Below are positions 45,248 to 60,407 of a stretch of DNA of 64,000 bases, piece after piece. The notes under the pieces are model-generated. The model searched no databases and had not been told where the DNA came from. It saw only the letters and a list, made by a program, of their open reading frames with translations. The translations under genes and the position numbers were made by a program. Position 1 is the first letter of the stretch. Every line of letters begins with the position of its first letter. Source of the DNA: Eledone cirrhosa (lineage: Eukaryota); contig OZ024741.1 of the NCBI GenBank assembly GCA_964016885.1, positions 66,960,001-67,024,000 of the forward strand, read 5' to 3'.

Positions 45248-45627
45248 TGAATTAGCCGAGTCGTTAGCACCTTGGATGGTATGCTTTGCGGTATTCGTTC
45301 CAGCTCACTATGTTCTGAGTTCAAATCACGCCGATGTGAACTTAACCTTTCATCATTTTGAGGTCGACAAAGAAAGTACTAGTCCAGTATTGTGGTCAAT
45401 TCTTCCTCTCTATTACTTTTATTTCTCTCACGATCTCTCTCTTTCTCCCCATCCTTCCCTCTTTGTTTCTCCCCCCCCCCCTTCTCTCTCTCTTTGTCCT
45501 TATCAGGAAAACATTGGGTGTGTTTAGATCTGGAGAGGAGATGGGATCGGTCAAGTTTCAAGTGCCCCACAACATTCCATATGTCACGACGATGCCTCTA
45601 CAACTCTATCAGGAGTTACAGGTCTAT
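45248..45627 (+). mobile_element. SINE with family A head/core and an alternative 3' tail; second copy 49408-49736
   Basis: B box and core, then a pyrimidine tract and a shared tail gatggg..agttt.aagtgccc..ca.tcc.tatg...ac.actc.atcaggagttac.ggt. Confidence 0.65.
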
Positions 45628-45628
45628 G

Positions 45629-45750
<122 letters not shown>

Positions 45751-46452
45751 CAGAAAGAAAGAGAAAGAGAGGGAGAGAGAGAAAGAGAGATAGAGAGCGA
45801 GGGTGTGCGAGAAAGAGATATAGAGGGAGATGGAGAGATAGACAGAGAGAGAGAGAGAGAAAGAGGGAGAGAGAGAGAGAGAGAGAGAGAGGAGGAGATA
45901 GGGGAGAGAGAGAGGGAGAGAGAGCTAAATGATAACTAGATAGGCAAACAGAGCAGTAGACATACAGAATGGTTGTAAATCGATATAAAGATAGGAAGAC
46001 AACCGGACAGTGAAATTGATAGACAGAAGCAACGGGTAGAGATATAATACAAGATATTGAGACATTAGACTATATTAGTGAAACTGACACTAAGACAAGC
46101 TAGCTTAAGTCGCCGACTCATGTCAGACAACGATAAATATCAACAAAAAAAAAATCAACAACAAAAACAGACGCCTACACATTTTCTTTCTAAGCTGCTA
46201 CCACCCTGTAATTCCACCCGATCATCAACCATCCAACCATCAAATTTACGTCTGTGCTGCCAGAATTGCAACAGGCAGGCGCCTAATGAAATAGTCATTA
46301 TATAGAGATGTTGGTAAAGAATATAGAAAATCGATAATCGTTTCATGCCAGGAGGTACTAGTATAGTTTGTGTTTAGTAAACTGCACACCCAGTTGTCTG
46401 CGATTCACCCTAGACCGAACCACAAATGCAGTTTGATTCTACGCATATCTAG

Positions 46453-46521
<69 letters not shown>

Positions 46522-46745
46522 GTTACACATCATCAAAAATAAAATCGAAAAAGAAAGAGAGAGATAGGAATGAGAGAAGCAGAGGGAGACAGACAGGGCT
46601 AGAATGATTTAGTATAAATATTGCGAAATTTGGATCTAAGTATGTTAAGATACCGCTTATTTATGACATACATGCAAACATATTTACATGAATAGTCACA
46701 GAAACATATTTACATACGTATATTCACGCACACGAACACAAACAT

Positions 46746-46778
<33 letters not shown>

Positions 46779-46781
<3 letters not shown>

Positions 46782-47218
46782 GGGTGTGTATGATTGTGTA
46801 TAGAAGATTATATTAATAAAAGGAATTCCAACTTTGTCTGATTTACTCGTTTTATTTACAATCCTTTAAAATGTATAATGGTATTAGAATGAAATAGTAT
46901 GGTAGAATATTAAATGTTAAGTGTTAATTGAACAAGTAGTTTCATGCTTTCGCAATCTTCAGGTTCATATTGTATGGTGACAGTCAAGTTTGCAATTTTC
47001 ACAGTTGAAAATTGCAAACTTGATTGTCACCACAGAATATAAACCTCAAGATTGCGAAAGCATGAAAGTACTTGTTCAATTAACATTTAATATTCTACCA
47101 TACTATTTCATTCTAATACCATTATACATTTTAAAGGATTGTAAATAAAACGAGTAAATCAGACAAAGTTGGAATTCCTTTTATTAATATAATCTTCTAT
47201 ACACAATCATGCACACCC

Positions 47219-47221
<3 letters not shown>
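46779..47221. mobile_element. ~440-bp palindrome in (TA)n with a hammerhead in each arm (46929-46967 minus; 47041-47078 plus)
   Basis: Consensus tgaac CTGAAGA t-tgc-gaaa-gca-t GAAA gtac TT gttca; the two arms carry different point changes. Confidence 0.88.
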
Positions 47222-47300
<79 letters not shown>

Positions 47301-47337
47301 GGCTTCTACAGGACTAGAACTGCCTCATTCGGAGGAA

Positions 47338-47448
<111 letters not shown>

Positions 47449-47928
47449 CTGTGTATTATATATATATATATATATGTATAGTACACACACCCACAGACAC
47501 ATTCACAAACATATATATATATATATATATATACATACAAATATAATCATAGATGTATATTATGTATAAGTAAACTGATGATTAAATTAAGTATTTCCGT
47601 CTACTTCATCAAAAGCGATTCAAATCATATCGTAGGAACAGAAAGAAAAGTTTGTACTCGTTTAGATGATGTAAGTTTAATACGACATTTAAAATTAATC
47701 GCAGTTAATCATTGACAGTATAAAGAACTCAATGAAAGCGATCGACACTGAATCTAACATGATCTGACACATATAGTCTTTCTTTTCGTTTTATTTAAAG
47801 TAAATAGAATATATGTAGTTAAGATAATGAAGTATCAAATCACATTGCGCCAATAATTGGCCTGCTACCCGTTATTTCTTAAAATGGTATCACATCTATG
47901 AAGCATTGGATATACAGTTTTACTGATA

Positions 47929-48113
47929 TTGGCAGTATTGGTAGAAGATCGGACACCATGCTTTGCATCATAGAGTTACGGCCCTTTACGGTTTGAGTTC
48001 AAATCCCGCCGAGGTTAACTTTGACTATCATCCTTACAGGGTCAACAAAATAAAGTACTAGTAATACACTGGGGTAATTGCTGGCCTTGTGCAAAAAGTA
48101 GAAACAATTATTA
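47929..48113 (+). mobile_element. Family A SINE
   Basis: A box, B box, core and tail all present. Confidence 0.85.
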
Positions 48114-48727
48114 CTTAGATGTTGTCTTAGTTTTGGATATATTTTAGACACAAGCCTAGCATTATAGGGCAAAGGAAAATCGGTTATATCGACACCAGTT
48201 CTGGATCTAGTCTCTTCCCATTCTCATTGTTGAAAATCGGGTACTAGAGACAATTGGGCCAATATTTATTTACATGATGCCGTGTGTCCAAGATTTTTAT
48301 CAAGAAAAATATGCCGTCCGTACGTCCCAAATACTCGTCCGACCATTACTCAAAAGCTGGCTACTGAGCAGCAGTTCAACAGCCTTCATCACAAGGACAA
48401 AGTCCTCGATCACTTGGAAAGCCGACACCAAGGTAACTAAGGAGTCCCAACTACCAATGTTTTGATCCTTCTCCTAGACAGACTACTAAGCATGGCTAAC
48501 AAGCTATGTCTACCTGTTTACTTTTACACATTATTGGATAGCCGTTGATGTTAATGAGTTCCTTCAACATTTGATAGTTATTTTTTTTTCATCCCACAGA
48601 GAGTCCAAAAAGCATCCTTCTCACCAAGCAAGCTTGGCGGGATTGCCTTTAATCACCGATGACCCGACCGTGTGACAGGTTGTGGTGGTTACATGCTTCC
48701 AATAGCGCTCGATAGTGACCTTACAAT

Positions 48728-49273
48728 GTACCAGTAATTAAATGTTACCATTTTTTCTTGACTTCGGAAGTATGAATGGCAAATTTGACCCGAGAGAGAT
48801 TTGAACTCAGAATCTAAAGAGCCAGAAGAAATGTCACAATAGTATTTTATGAAACGCTCAACAAATTCTTCCAATCCACCATCCTCGTTTATATTCATAA
48901 TAATTGTTTCTACTTTTGGCACAAGGCCAGCAATTACCCTGTGCATTACTGGTACTTTATTCTATCGACTCCATAAGGATGAAAGTTAACCTCGGCGGGA
49001 TTTGAACTCAGAACGTAAAGGGCCATAACTATGCTGTAAAGCATGGTGTCTGATGATCTACCGATGCTGCCAATTCACCAATTCATTGTGGATTGGCAGT
49101 ATCGGTAGAGGGTCGGACGCCATGCTTTCCAGCATAGTTACGTCCCTTTACGATCTGAGTTCAAATCCCGCCGAGGTTGACTTTGCCTTTCATCCTTACG
49201 GGGTCGATAAAATAAAGTACCAGTAATGCACTGGGTAATTGCTGGCCTTGTGCCTAAAGTAGAACAAATTATT
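48728..49273. mobile_element. Cluster of three family A SINEs: 48728-48882(-, old), 48899-49080(-) and 49087-49273(+)
   Basis: The two young copies are head-to-head; attcat occurs at 48893, 49081 and 49274. Confidence 0.88.
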
Positions 49274-52200
49274 ATTCATGATAATACAGTATAACTATAT
49301 ATTTGAATTTCGTTTTCTTTTACATCTATGAAGAGCCTATTCTTTAAGTTTTAAAATAAGCGTATTGTGCAATACAAAACAACTCCGGCGGTATTCTCCG
49401 AGTCATAGGCGACGAATTGGCAGAGTTGTTAAAACGTAGAATGTTTTTCGGTAATCATCCAGGCTCTCTGTGCTCTATAAGTTCAATCCTGCAGATGTCA
49501 ACTTTGCCTTTCATCCATTTGTGGTCGATAAAAAAGTGCCACTCCAGTAGTGGGGTCGGTTGTTCATCTATATCACTTTCGCACTTCCTCTCTCGCACAC
49601 TCACTCCCTCTCCTTCTCTGGGAGAAATCGGCTGCGTTAAGACCATCAGAAAGGATGGGCTTTGCCAGTTTTAAAGTGCCCAATACACTCCGTATGCCCC
49701 GGCGGTGCCCCTACGACTCCATCAGGAGTTACGGGTAGATACAAATATACATTTCTCGAGTCATCGTCATCTCGGAAGATCTAAGCCAAATTCAAATGGC
49801 TCTTAGTACTCTTATGTAAAGAATTCAAAACTATAGTACAGTCTATGATGGTTCTCATCAGATACATGAGACCGTCCCTTTTCTCTGACATCCATCCCTA
49901 ACCATGTCATCACCAAGTTCAACTGCAGGATTCATACATACTTGGGATCCTCATGAAGGATGATGGGGTTAATTATTTTAGATTAACCACCACAAAGAGC
50001 CCCTAATTTGTTGGTGGAGTCTTTCAAAACCGCGCTGTTTTCATCGGTACCGTGGTTGTCTGAAATACGTCAGAGATGTAGTTCAACTGCCGTGGGCGGC
50101 CTTTTTATATTTCAGGCCGCTCATGTCAATGTAATTTTAACTTTATACACACATGGATATGCACAAACAAACACACATTTCTATATATATATATCACATG
50201 TATGAGACTGACTACAAATATATATGTAGATATATGTATATATTTGTGCTTATCCAGCAAGGGCGTATTTACCAGAAGCATTCAATTTATAACTTTCCAG
50301 ATAACGTGATTCAAATATTGTATCTATTGATTCTTTTCTGAAGCACTTAAGATTTGTCTGATATATACGCTCTTCTTACTACCAGCATAGACACAACCAC
50401 TACTATCAACAACTTTACATCCCCACCACCACCATCAACAACAACAACAACAACATCACTTCCATTAGCAATGCTACTAATATAGTATTCAATGGGATTA
50501 TCACAATCAAAATTATCACCAACATAAACATAACTACTTTAACCCTCACCACCAACACTTGCAACATAGCCACAACCAGAAACAAAAAAAGCCAGCAACA
50601 GTGATAAAACCACCAATATAAACAGCAATATCATCATCACAGTTAACCACTGTTACCGCCAGCATGACCACTACTATCAGCATAATCATTACAATAACTA
50701 GCAGCCCACGCAAATCACCCCCCCCCCACACAAAAAAATGTTTGTTGATACAAACAGCAGAAACGTAGTCGTTCATACTGCTAGAAATGGGAACCAAATA
50801 TCCTTCAGATTACATACAAGCCTCTTAAATATAGAAAAGACACACTAGATAATGTCTTTTGCTACTACTGTAAAGAGTGGGGGATCATAGATGGAATGTT
50901 TATAACCAAAGGTCTAAGTCGGACTTGCCTTGGAACTAAAGGACATCATAAGTCTGATGCCTCTATATGGTCGCTTGAGCGTCTAAATTTTGCCGCCAAA
51001 CCTCATCTTACCAACTTAAACACGTAAATAACTGATTGAATGATTTGATAAAAAATACATTATGAAAGCCAAAAACTTGGCTTTATCATGGCTGGAATGG
51101 CTTTTGATCATTAATGCTTCATCTAAGCTAAACGATAAAAATCCCAACCACGACCATTATCACTGCCATTATCGCAAATATCTGCTCAACACACGGAAAT
51201 ACTTCTGACATATCCGTATGTCATCAAAGAAGAAACACCGTGGCTACCAATAATCAGAAAATGCACCCTGAAATACTTATAAATGTTAGTATCTTACGAA
51301 TTCTACAAAATACTTACACAAACACCACAAAATAACAACATAAACAAATAATCTAGATGATGAAATATAAATTGAATGGTCACCGCTGTTAGATTATTAT
51401 ATCTTAGAACTGCCTGTGTAAATATCAGCAACCTATACCATTGCCACTCTTGTGACACATGCCTGCTTAATGTTGGAGAACGCTCTCTGGTATGAAGAAC
51501 CTCAGGGTAAAGCCACCTTATTTTCACAGCAGACAGAATAGAGAGTGTTACTCTGGAGAATAGTAAAGCAGACGCATTGAAATAGTCTTTACAACACGTG
51601 GAGCTCATTCCTTCGTGTAGCCTACATTGTCCCGATGGCAGTGAATAGGGATATGGTTCGGGGGCCAACGTCTGAAGACTCTACCGCTGTAGATTCAACG
51701 ACAAATCTATCGGAAAGCAACTCATACTTCAGCAGCTTGCGATCTTCAGCATATCGAATAATCCAGATTACAAAAATAGCATTGCCAATAGCCACAATGA
51801 TTAAGAAAAACACGACTTATTGCTATTGTTATCTTCCTTACAAACATCAGAATTTCATCCAAAATTCATACAAAACAATTCACATGCACACAAATAAACT
51901 TTATAAACGTGACGAAACCAATCTAAAAATTCTTCAATACCCAAACGGCAATAAAAACTCTTTTATGGGATTAAAGATTTTATCGTTACTCAGGACATTC
52001 ATATAGTAATAATTCAGAAAACATTCTTACCAAAACACAAAAACATTCACCATCTAGAATTATAAACAAATCAGACGATTTTACTGGCTTTCCCCAACGG
52101 ACGTTGGCTTATAACATACACACACGCACACATACACAAACACACACACTCACACACACATACACGCACACACACACATATATATATATGTACATACATA

Positions 52201-52349
52201 TACATACATACACACATGCACACACACACGTATACACATATATATTGGCAGTAGCACAATAGAGGTCTATATGAAAGAGTATACTATGTTTCTATACAAT
52301 AAAGATAAAGGCGCCTCACTATCAAAGAAAAAATATTTTTCGATATGAA

Positions 52350-53700
52350 AAAAAAATTTTTTTCTCACTTTATCTCAGTGAACATGTCATGGTTACTTCA
52401 GTAGCCACTGGGAGTGCAAGTTATCTGTTTCAAAGTTCATTAATATCTCATCAGTGACATTCACTCAACCGGTACTGAGATGAAAATAAACTAAAGCCTA
52501 TCTAAATTTTGCGTGAGAATCATTTGCTGAAGATTCTCATTTGCATACAGCAAATGGGAGACATGGGCTTCAAACTTGGCTGTTTATATTTAATTGGCAA
52601 CGTGATTATCAAACTGCGTTTATTCAAACTGCGATACTGCAGTTGTTGGTGTTCTTATTGGAGCCAGTCTCCAATTTGGTAATCTTCGCAGACCAGTGAA
52701 GCGTATTTTGTTTTTTAATTGGCTTTTACTCGCCGCATCGTAACTACATCGATGGCTTGTGAGTGTTTTCCTGGGAGCCAACAATGTCACCTATTTCCAC
52801 ATCTTTCCTAATAATTACCACTATTTCGTTTGGGGTTGCATATTCGTCAGATAGGAGGCCATTTACATCTCAAGTATCTACCATATCTTGTGGCCGTATC
52901 GCTATCCTCCACATGTGACGCCTTGTCTAACAGATCTGACTCATACTCATAATCTTTAGGATGATGCTACTTAATTCTTCAGAGGGTGACCACTGACATG
53001 CCCTGGATAGGTTTGCTGGCGAGTGCTGCAAGGTAAGAATGAAAATCAGTGCTGCGAAGACTGAGACATTCATCCTCCCCAGAAAGCCTGTTCTTTGCAT
53101 GTGAGTTGAGTTTCATTGAAACAGGTTTAGAAATCATGTATTTCGAGGCCTTTTTACGAATGAAGGAATGCAGGAGACTGAATTAAAAATAAGTATGCTG
53201 GGGCTGGTGCAATGATGCGTCAGCTTCAGCACTCCGTCATCAGAAGAAGGGAAGTAAGTCGAAAAGTCAAATTCATATCTCTAGTTCGACAGTCGAGACA
53301 ACCCTTACCGAAGGCTATGAATCTGGGGTAATGACCGGCAGAATACGATCAGAAATACAATCGGCCGAAATAGCATTCCTCTTAAAGGTCTCTTGTGTAA
53401 CGTCATTCGATAGGTTGTGTAACTCGGAGACTAGTGAGTTGCTCCAAGTAAAGCCGCTACTTCTTCCCAACCGGTGACACCAGCTTCGGTAAAACGGACA
53501 TTTTGTTAGAATGTCAAAGGAAAGACAGGGAAGACTTTATGAGCAAAGAAAACGGATTGATACGCAAAAGCAGACGAGGAGAGAGAAGGTTTGGGAACAT
53601 CCCTGAGCTTGATTGGCCTCGCCCAGTGATCCTGCCGGCTCATTTAGTAAGGGTTGCTTCCGATATGACCATCTGAAAGCTCTCTTAGGACTCTGATTCC
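52350..53700 (-). pseudogene. Possible decayed L1/Tx1 ORF1-like relic
   Basis: GC-richer complex sequence with a weak RCGE zinc-knuckle-like remnant; no open frame. Confidence 0.2.
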
Positions 53701-54262
53701 ATTACTCTCTTAGGATTAACTGGAAAAAAAAAATATACTACAACCGATATCACCAAAAGTGTGGGACATCAATGAAAATGCAAAAGTACTTTTACAAACT
53801 TAAAAAAATAACAAATGAAATATAAAATCCCAATGGAATAAATGCCACAAAGAATCAGAATGGAGATTGTCTGAATTCAACTACACCATAGTCTGCAACA
53901 TAAACATTCCAGTTATAAAGGCATATTTAATTAAATAACCCATATTTCACAATCCAGCATAAACAGTAACCCCCCCCCCCAGCATCTCCAGTTTAAGTCT
54001 AGAAATAACCAGCCTCATAAAAACCAGAGACAACTTTAAATACAATGAATTAAAATTAAACACAATCGAAATAAAACTAAACAGCAAACATAGATAGATA
54101 AAGAAAGTAATAATCGATAGGAGATATCTATATCTAACATAACTGTAAAAGTTAACAGTAAAACATTGTTATGATTAGGGAAGGTCATGTTGCCAATTTT
54201 TCCAATAAAACAGCAAAACAGTTTTTAGAAGAATTAGCACCACCATACAACGTTAACACCAC

Positions 54263-54478
54263 AATAGTTTCTAACATAGGCACAAAGCCACCGATTTTAA
54301 GGGAGGGGAAAGAGGGTTATATACTCACAGTAATTTATTGATGCTATATTTTATAGACACCAAAGGGATGAAAGGCAACATTGACCTCGCCGGGATTTGA
54401 AATCAGAATGCAAAGAGGCGTAACTAAATGCTGCAAAACATTTTGTTCGATGAAGAATCAATTTTGCCAATCCACCTC
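54263..54478 (-). mobile_element. Diverged family A SINE
   Basis: gtttctaacataggcacaaagcca...ggatgaaaggcaac.ttgacctcgccgggatttgaa. Confidence 0.7.
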
Positions 54479-55071
54479 CATGCACGCACATAAAATAACT
54501 ATCATATTGTAGTAACTATCAATCACTCTTATCTAACATTTCTTGAAAACCAGCGACAAAAAAGCAAGCCATGAACTCGAAAAGAGAAATGTGAATCTTT
54601 CATATAAACCACAATTCTGAACCCTTCCTTCCATCAGACACCCCAAAGCAATGAGGTGAGCTAAAAGTTCCAAATCGGAAATATACACCGATTGAATCAC
54701 TGTACACAAAGTCTACATCTGCACACCCTTCTTAAAATAGCACCAGGGATCATCAAATGCAAACGACAATTAATAATTGCAAAAGCTAGATATGTATAAA
54801 AGAAATAAATACCAGGAGTTATATACAATTCCTCTAAATATTTACAACACTCATAGAGTAGAATAAAGAAAAATAATATAAAGCATGATCATACTTTCAA
54901 CAATCACAAGTACAATCATTTGGTTTGCAGAATAAATTACAAAAGTCTACTATCAATACATTATATTTAACGTGGAGTGTCAGTTAATACTGGGTGTCAA
55001 GTGTTTCCACAGCAACCTGCGACAAAATATCGTCGAAGAACTGGTCCCTCGCTATGAATTAATGTATATTG

Positions 55072-55193
<122 letters not shown>

Positions 55194-55231
55194 TGCGTGT
55201 GTGTGTGTGTGTGTCTGTGTATATATATATA

Positions 55232-55344
55232 TAATAATTGTTTCTACGTTAGGCACAAGGCCAGCAATTACCCAGTGTATTACTGGTACTTTATTTTATC
55301 GACCCCGTAAGGATGAAAGGCAAAGTTAACCTCGGCGGGATTTG
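55232..55344 (-). mobile_element. 5'-truncated family A SINE
   Basis: Tail and core present, ends within the B box. Confidence 0.8.
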
Positions 55345-55423
55345 TATATACACCGGCAATATATATGCAATATACATATATATATATATATGTATATATA
55401 TATACACCGGCAATATACAATTA

Positions 55424-55458
<35 letters not shown>

Positions 55459-55644
55459 TGGACGTGAGTCTACATGTGAGAACACATATTTGAGGAGCTC
55501 CCGATTCCAGAGTCTGGATCAAACATTAATCAATCGTTCCTCAAGCAGATCTGCAGTGAAACATATGTAATATGTAATTAAATATGTATATGGTGCAATA
55601 CTGATTCTTTGTTCCCATTTATTATTATTATTACTAAACACAAA

Positions 55645-55836
55645 GGGCGGTGGATTGGCAGTATCGGTAGAGGGTCGGACGCCATGCTTTCCAGCATAGT
55701 TACGTCCCTTTACGATCTGAGTTCAAATCCGGCCGAGGTTGACTTTGCCTTTCATCCTTACGGGGTCGATAAAATAAAGTACCAGTAATGCACTGGGTAA
55801 TTGCTGGCCTTGTGCCTAAAGTAGAAACAATTATTA
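55645..55836 (+). mobile_element. Young full-length family A SINE with TSD
   Basis: Starts gggcggtggattggcagtatcgg; flanked by ttattactaaacacaa on both sides. Confidence 0.9.
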
Positions 55837-55891
55837 CTAAACACAATAAGAAACCATTAAAAAAGAACAAATATAAGAAACCATTATTACT

Positions 55892-55985
<94 letters not shown>

Positions 55986-56100
55986 CGGCTCTGCTGGACA
56001 CTTTTCCATCTCCAAGGTTATTTTACCAAATTTTTAAGCTATTATTTATAGTGATCAACTGCTGTTACAGTTGATTTCTGTGTTTGGGATTCCCGCTATT

Positions 56101-56165
<65 letters not shown>

Positions 56166-57677
56166 CATATTACAGATATACAAACATGCCATGTCATTGC
56201 ACCCGTCACTCCTGATTGAGTCTTATCCATTGTACTCAGAAAACATTCACACTGAAACAATATTACTGAAAACAAAATCCTACCAGAATATGACAGTGTT
56301 ACAGCATTGTTGCTGCAACAAGATTCCACTAACACGTTCTACATCACTAAAAAACTGCTTTCACTAAAATCCAAATACAAGTAGACATTAAGAGCACTAT
56401 AACTTCTATTCACTAACGATAAATGAAGAGAAACGGTAAGTGTTATGTTCAAGCTGGTCCTTCCGCTGTAGCCATCAAGATTACACATGATTAGTTACTG
56501 GCTGGCTGGTTTGTTAGGTGGTTGGTGTATCGACTGGCTGGTTGGCTTAGAGAAAAACGAAAGGAAAAATATAGAGAAAAGAAAGAGAATAACAAAATTA
56601 AGCAATGGAAGAAAGGGGAAGTGGGGACGAAGCGGCATGTTTCAGCTGTACTCCGCGTACGAATTGGTGGCGGCATTGCCGCAGATTATAACCAGCGACA
56701 CTCGCTGCACTACCCAACCTACCTACTTCTTTGGGTGGGCTGCAGTCTTCCTGGTTTTGCGGAGGAAAACAGCATTTCGGGGACAGTGAGTAGTACCCGT
56801 GAAGTGGCAAAGCTGGAGGCGGTGAAAGAGTCGCACTACGTTGCATCACAGATTTGGTATTTACCCACCTAGAACGGGAAGAGAGTTATCCCGCCTGACG
56901 CTTACCTTGAACACAGTTGAGGCCTACTAGTTTCAGTTGTGACGAGAAGCAGGCTTCGTCGAGTCTCATTCTGATTATAACATTCAGAGCAGCGTGTTGA
57001 GGTAACCGACCTTCGCTATGACGTAGAACTGCGGGTGCAAACCGAACTAGTCGACAACAGCTCCACAACAGCAATTGTGTGACTCACACACGTGGAGGCC
57101 GAGGTGTGGTGTTACTCCGATGCGAGTTCATTAATCATCAAAAAGAATACAGATTGAGGAGGAGGGCACCAAATTGAGCCACGTGCCATTGTTTGGCTGC
57201 GAGGTAGATCGGAGGTGGGTAGGATTGTCTTCGTCTCAGGAAAACTTGTTCTTGTTTCGAAGGGTGTTCCACGATAGACTAAAAACTCAATTCTATGGGC
57301 CCAGCGTGGCCGAATGTTTAAGCAGTTTGCTTCTTAGTTTGATCGAACTGCGTGGCATTTTGGTCATGCGGAATTTATAATAGCCTGGGTTCGACATATG
57401 GCTTGTTGAATGTCTAGCCTTGTCAGGGTGTCATGCTGAATCTCCCTCAGGATTAGGTTAAGTGTTCAGTCACTTACACGTTAATGTTATACGCAACGGG
57501 TTCCGTTGGACGAACAACTGGAACACTCGAAACCGACGGAGTTACATTCATAGAACAGCGTTTTCCAAAGTTTGTTTCTACAGATCCGCGAAAAATTCTG
57601 GATCTTTGCGATATAAAAATGTAATTAAAACTAAATACATACATACAAACACACACACACACACATATATATATACA

Positions 57678-57775
<98 letters not shown>

Positions 57776-57881
57776 GGAGAGAGAGAGGGACGGAGAGAGA
57801 AAAGAGAGAAAGTGGGAGAGAGGGGGAGATAAATGAGTTCTCTCTCTAAAGCAATTATTTACTTCATTTAATGTTTTAATA

Positions 57882-58255
57882 GGCGGGGAATTAGCAGTGT
57901 CGTTAGAACATGAGATAGAATTCTTTGCGGCATTTGTTCCAGCTCTCTCTCTCTGATTTTCTCTCTCTCTCTTACTCTCTCTCTCACTTTATCAGTCTCT
58001 CTTTCTCTCTCTGTCTTTCAAACTCTCTCTCTCTCTCTCTTTCCCTCTCTCTCTTTCTCTCACACACACTCTCTCTCTATTTCTCTCTCTCTCTTTCTCT
58101 CACACACACTCTCTCTCTATTTCCCTCTCTGCACACTGTGTTGAAGTCTAACCGATGTCAACTTTGCCTTTCATTATTTTAAGGTCGATAAAATAAAGTA
58201 CCAGTAATACACTGAATTAATTGGTGGCCTTGTGCCAAAAGTAGAAACAATTATT
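57882..58255 (+). mobile_element. Family A SINE interrupted by a CT-rich expansion between the A and B boxes
   Basis: ggcggggaattagcagtgtcgttaga, then a (CT)-rich tract, then gtcaactttgcctttcat..ggtcgataaaataaagtaccag..tagaaacaatta. Confidence 0.65.
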
Positions 58256-58547
58256 TTGAGGTCGATAAAAGATTACCAGACAAGATGTGATGTCAACACT
58301 TCCTCTATAAGTGATGTTCACTTCCCGATTCTCTCACACAGTCTCTCACTTTCTGTGATCAGATCTGGAGACTGAAGCCAAGTCATGTTACTACCGTGCC
58401 TCCATGATTCCACCAACAGCCACTGGTGCATACAATGTTCTGTTAAGACTAGGACAGTGATGGATTGTCCAGAAAACCAATTGAGTTGCCACAACTATCA
58501 CAATATCAACTAACAGTAACAACAGCCACACATCCAGGAGCATCACC

Positions 58548-59278
<731 letters not shown>

Positions 59279-59362
59279 GCTACAACTTGACACCATGGGA
59301 CTAATCATTTTTGTTTCAAATTAATAATCTATAAATATAACGTGCGAAGCCATTAGATATCA

Positions 59363-59545
59363 ATATTAGTTATAATTAGATACGTACTCACACACACAGG
59401 ATAGACGTACACATACACACACACTTGTATACACACTCACACGCACATATGAGTTATAATTAGACACACAAGATAGACGTATACATACAGCCATCCAAAA
59501 GCAGAAACACATACACACACACACACACACACACAAACACATACA

Positions 59546-59612
<67 letters not shown>

Positions 59613-59668
59613 TAGTTATAATTAGACACACAAGATAGACGTATACATACATCCATCCAAAAGCAGAA

Positions 59669-59711
<43 letters not shown>

Positions 59712-59796
59712 CACACATACACACACACACACACACACATATATTAGTTATAATTAGACACACAAGATAGACGTATACATACATCCATCCAAAAGC

Positions 59797-59894
<98 letters not shown>

Positions 59895-59917
59895 TAGTTA
59901 TAATTAGACACACAAGA
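59363..59917. repeat. Minisatellite: ~55-bp unique core plus variable (CA)n, about 5 units
   Basis: agttataattaga(cacacaagatagacgtatacatac) recurs near 59368, 59452, 59614, 59746 and 59896. Confidence 0.9.
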
Positions 59918-60082
59918 GATTATTAAGTGTACACACACACATACACACTCACACACGAATATATACACACACACATTAAATTTGGTGTAAAATTACTTGG
60001 TGAGGTAAATTAATTCTGGTTAATTGAATTTCCATATATGGGTTCCACAGAATCTTCAATTACTTGTGTATATATTTCTGTA

Positions 60083-60145
<63 letters not shown>

Positions 60146-60195
60146 ATATATATATTGTGTGTGTGTGAGTGTGTGCGTTTGTATTCACATATATA

Positions 60196-60246
<51 letters not shown>

Positions 60247-60407
60247 TAAAACAACAGATTAAAGTTTAAGCAAAGAATCGCTGATTTCTCCCTTAACGGG
60301 ATCTTCTGAAGCTAACAAAGTCAATCTGTGAACGCAGAAGTGAATATTTCAAAAAACGTTGCAACCGGAGGAAGACAGGAAGACGATATTTTGGTTCGTG
60401 GAAACGT

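Noticed and set aside
51303-51813. Possible host exon encoding a transmembrane segment (FFLIIVAIGNAIFVIWII)
   Set aside because: No recognisable family, weak splice signals and a stop immediately upstream; could be a decayed LINE; needs RNA-seq or BLAST
59363-59917. Repeat-spacer pattern resembling a CRISPR array
   Set aside because: The spacers are (CA)n tracts, the context is eukaryotic and there are no cas genes
60268-60315. HHR-like motif on the minus strand (CAGAAGA tccc-gttaa-ggga GAAA tc-agc-ga TT)
   Set aside because: Core mutated and no stem I pairing; at best a truncated half, so not called
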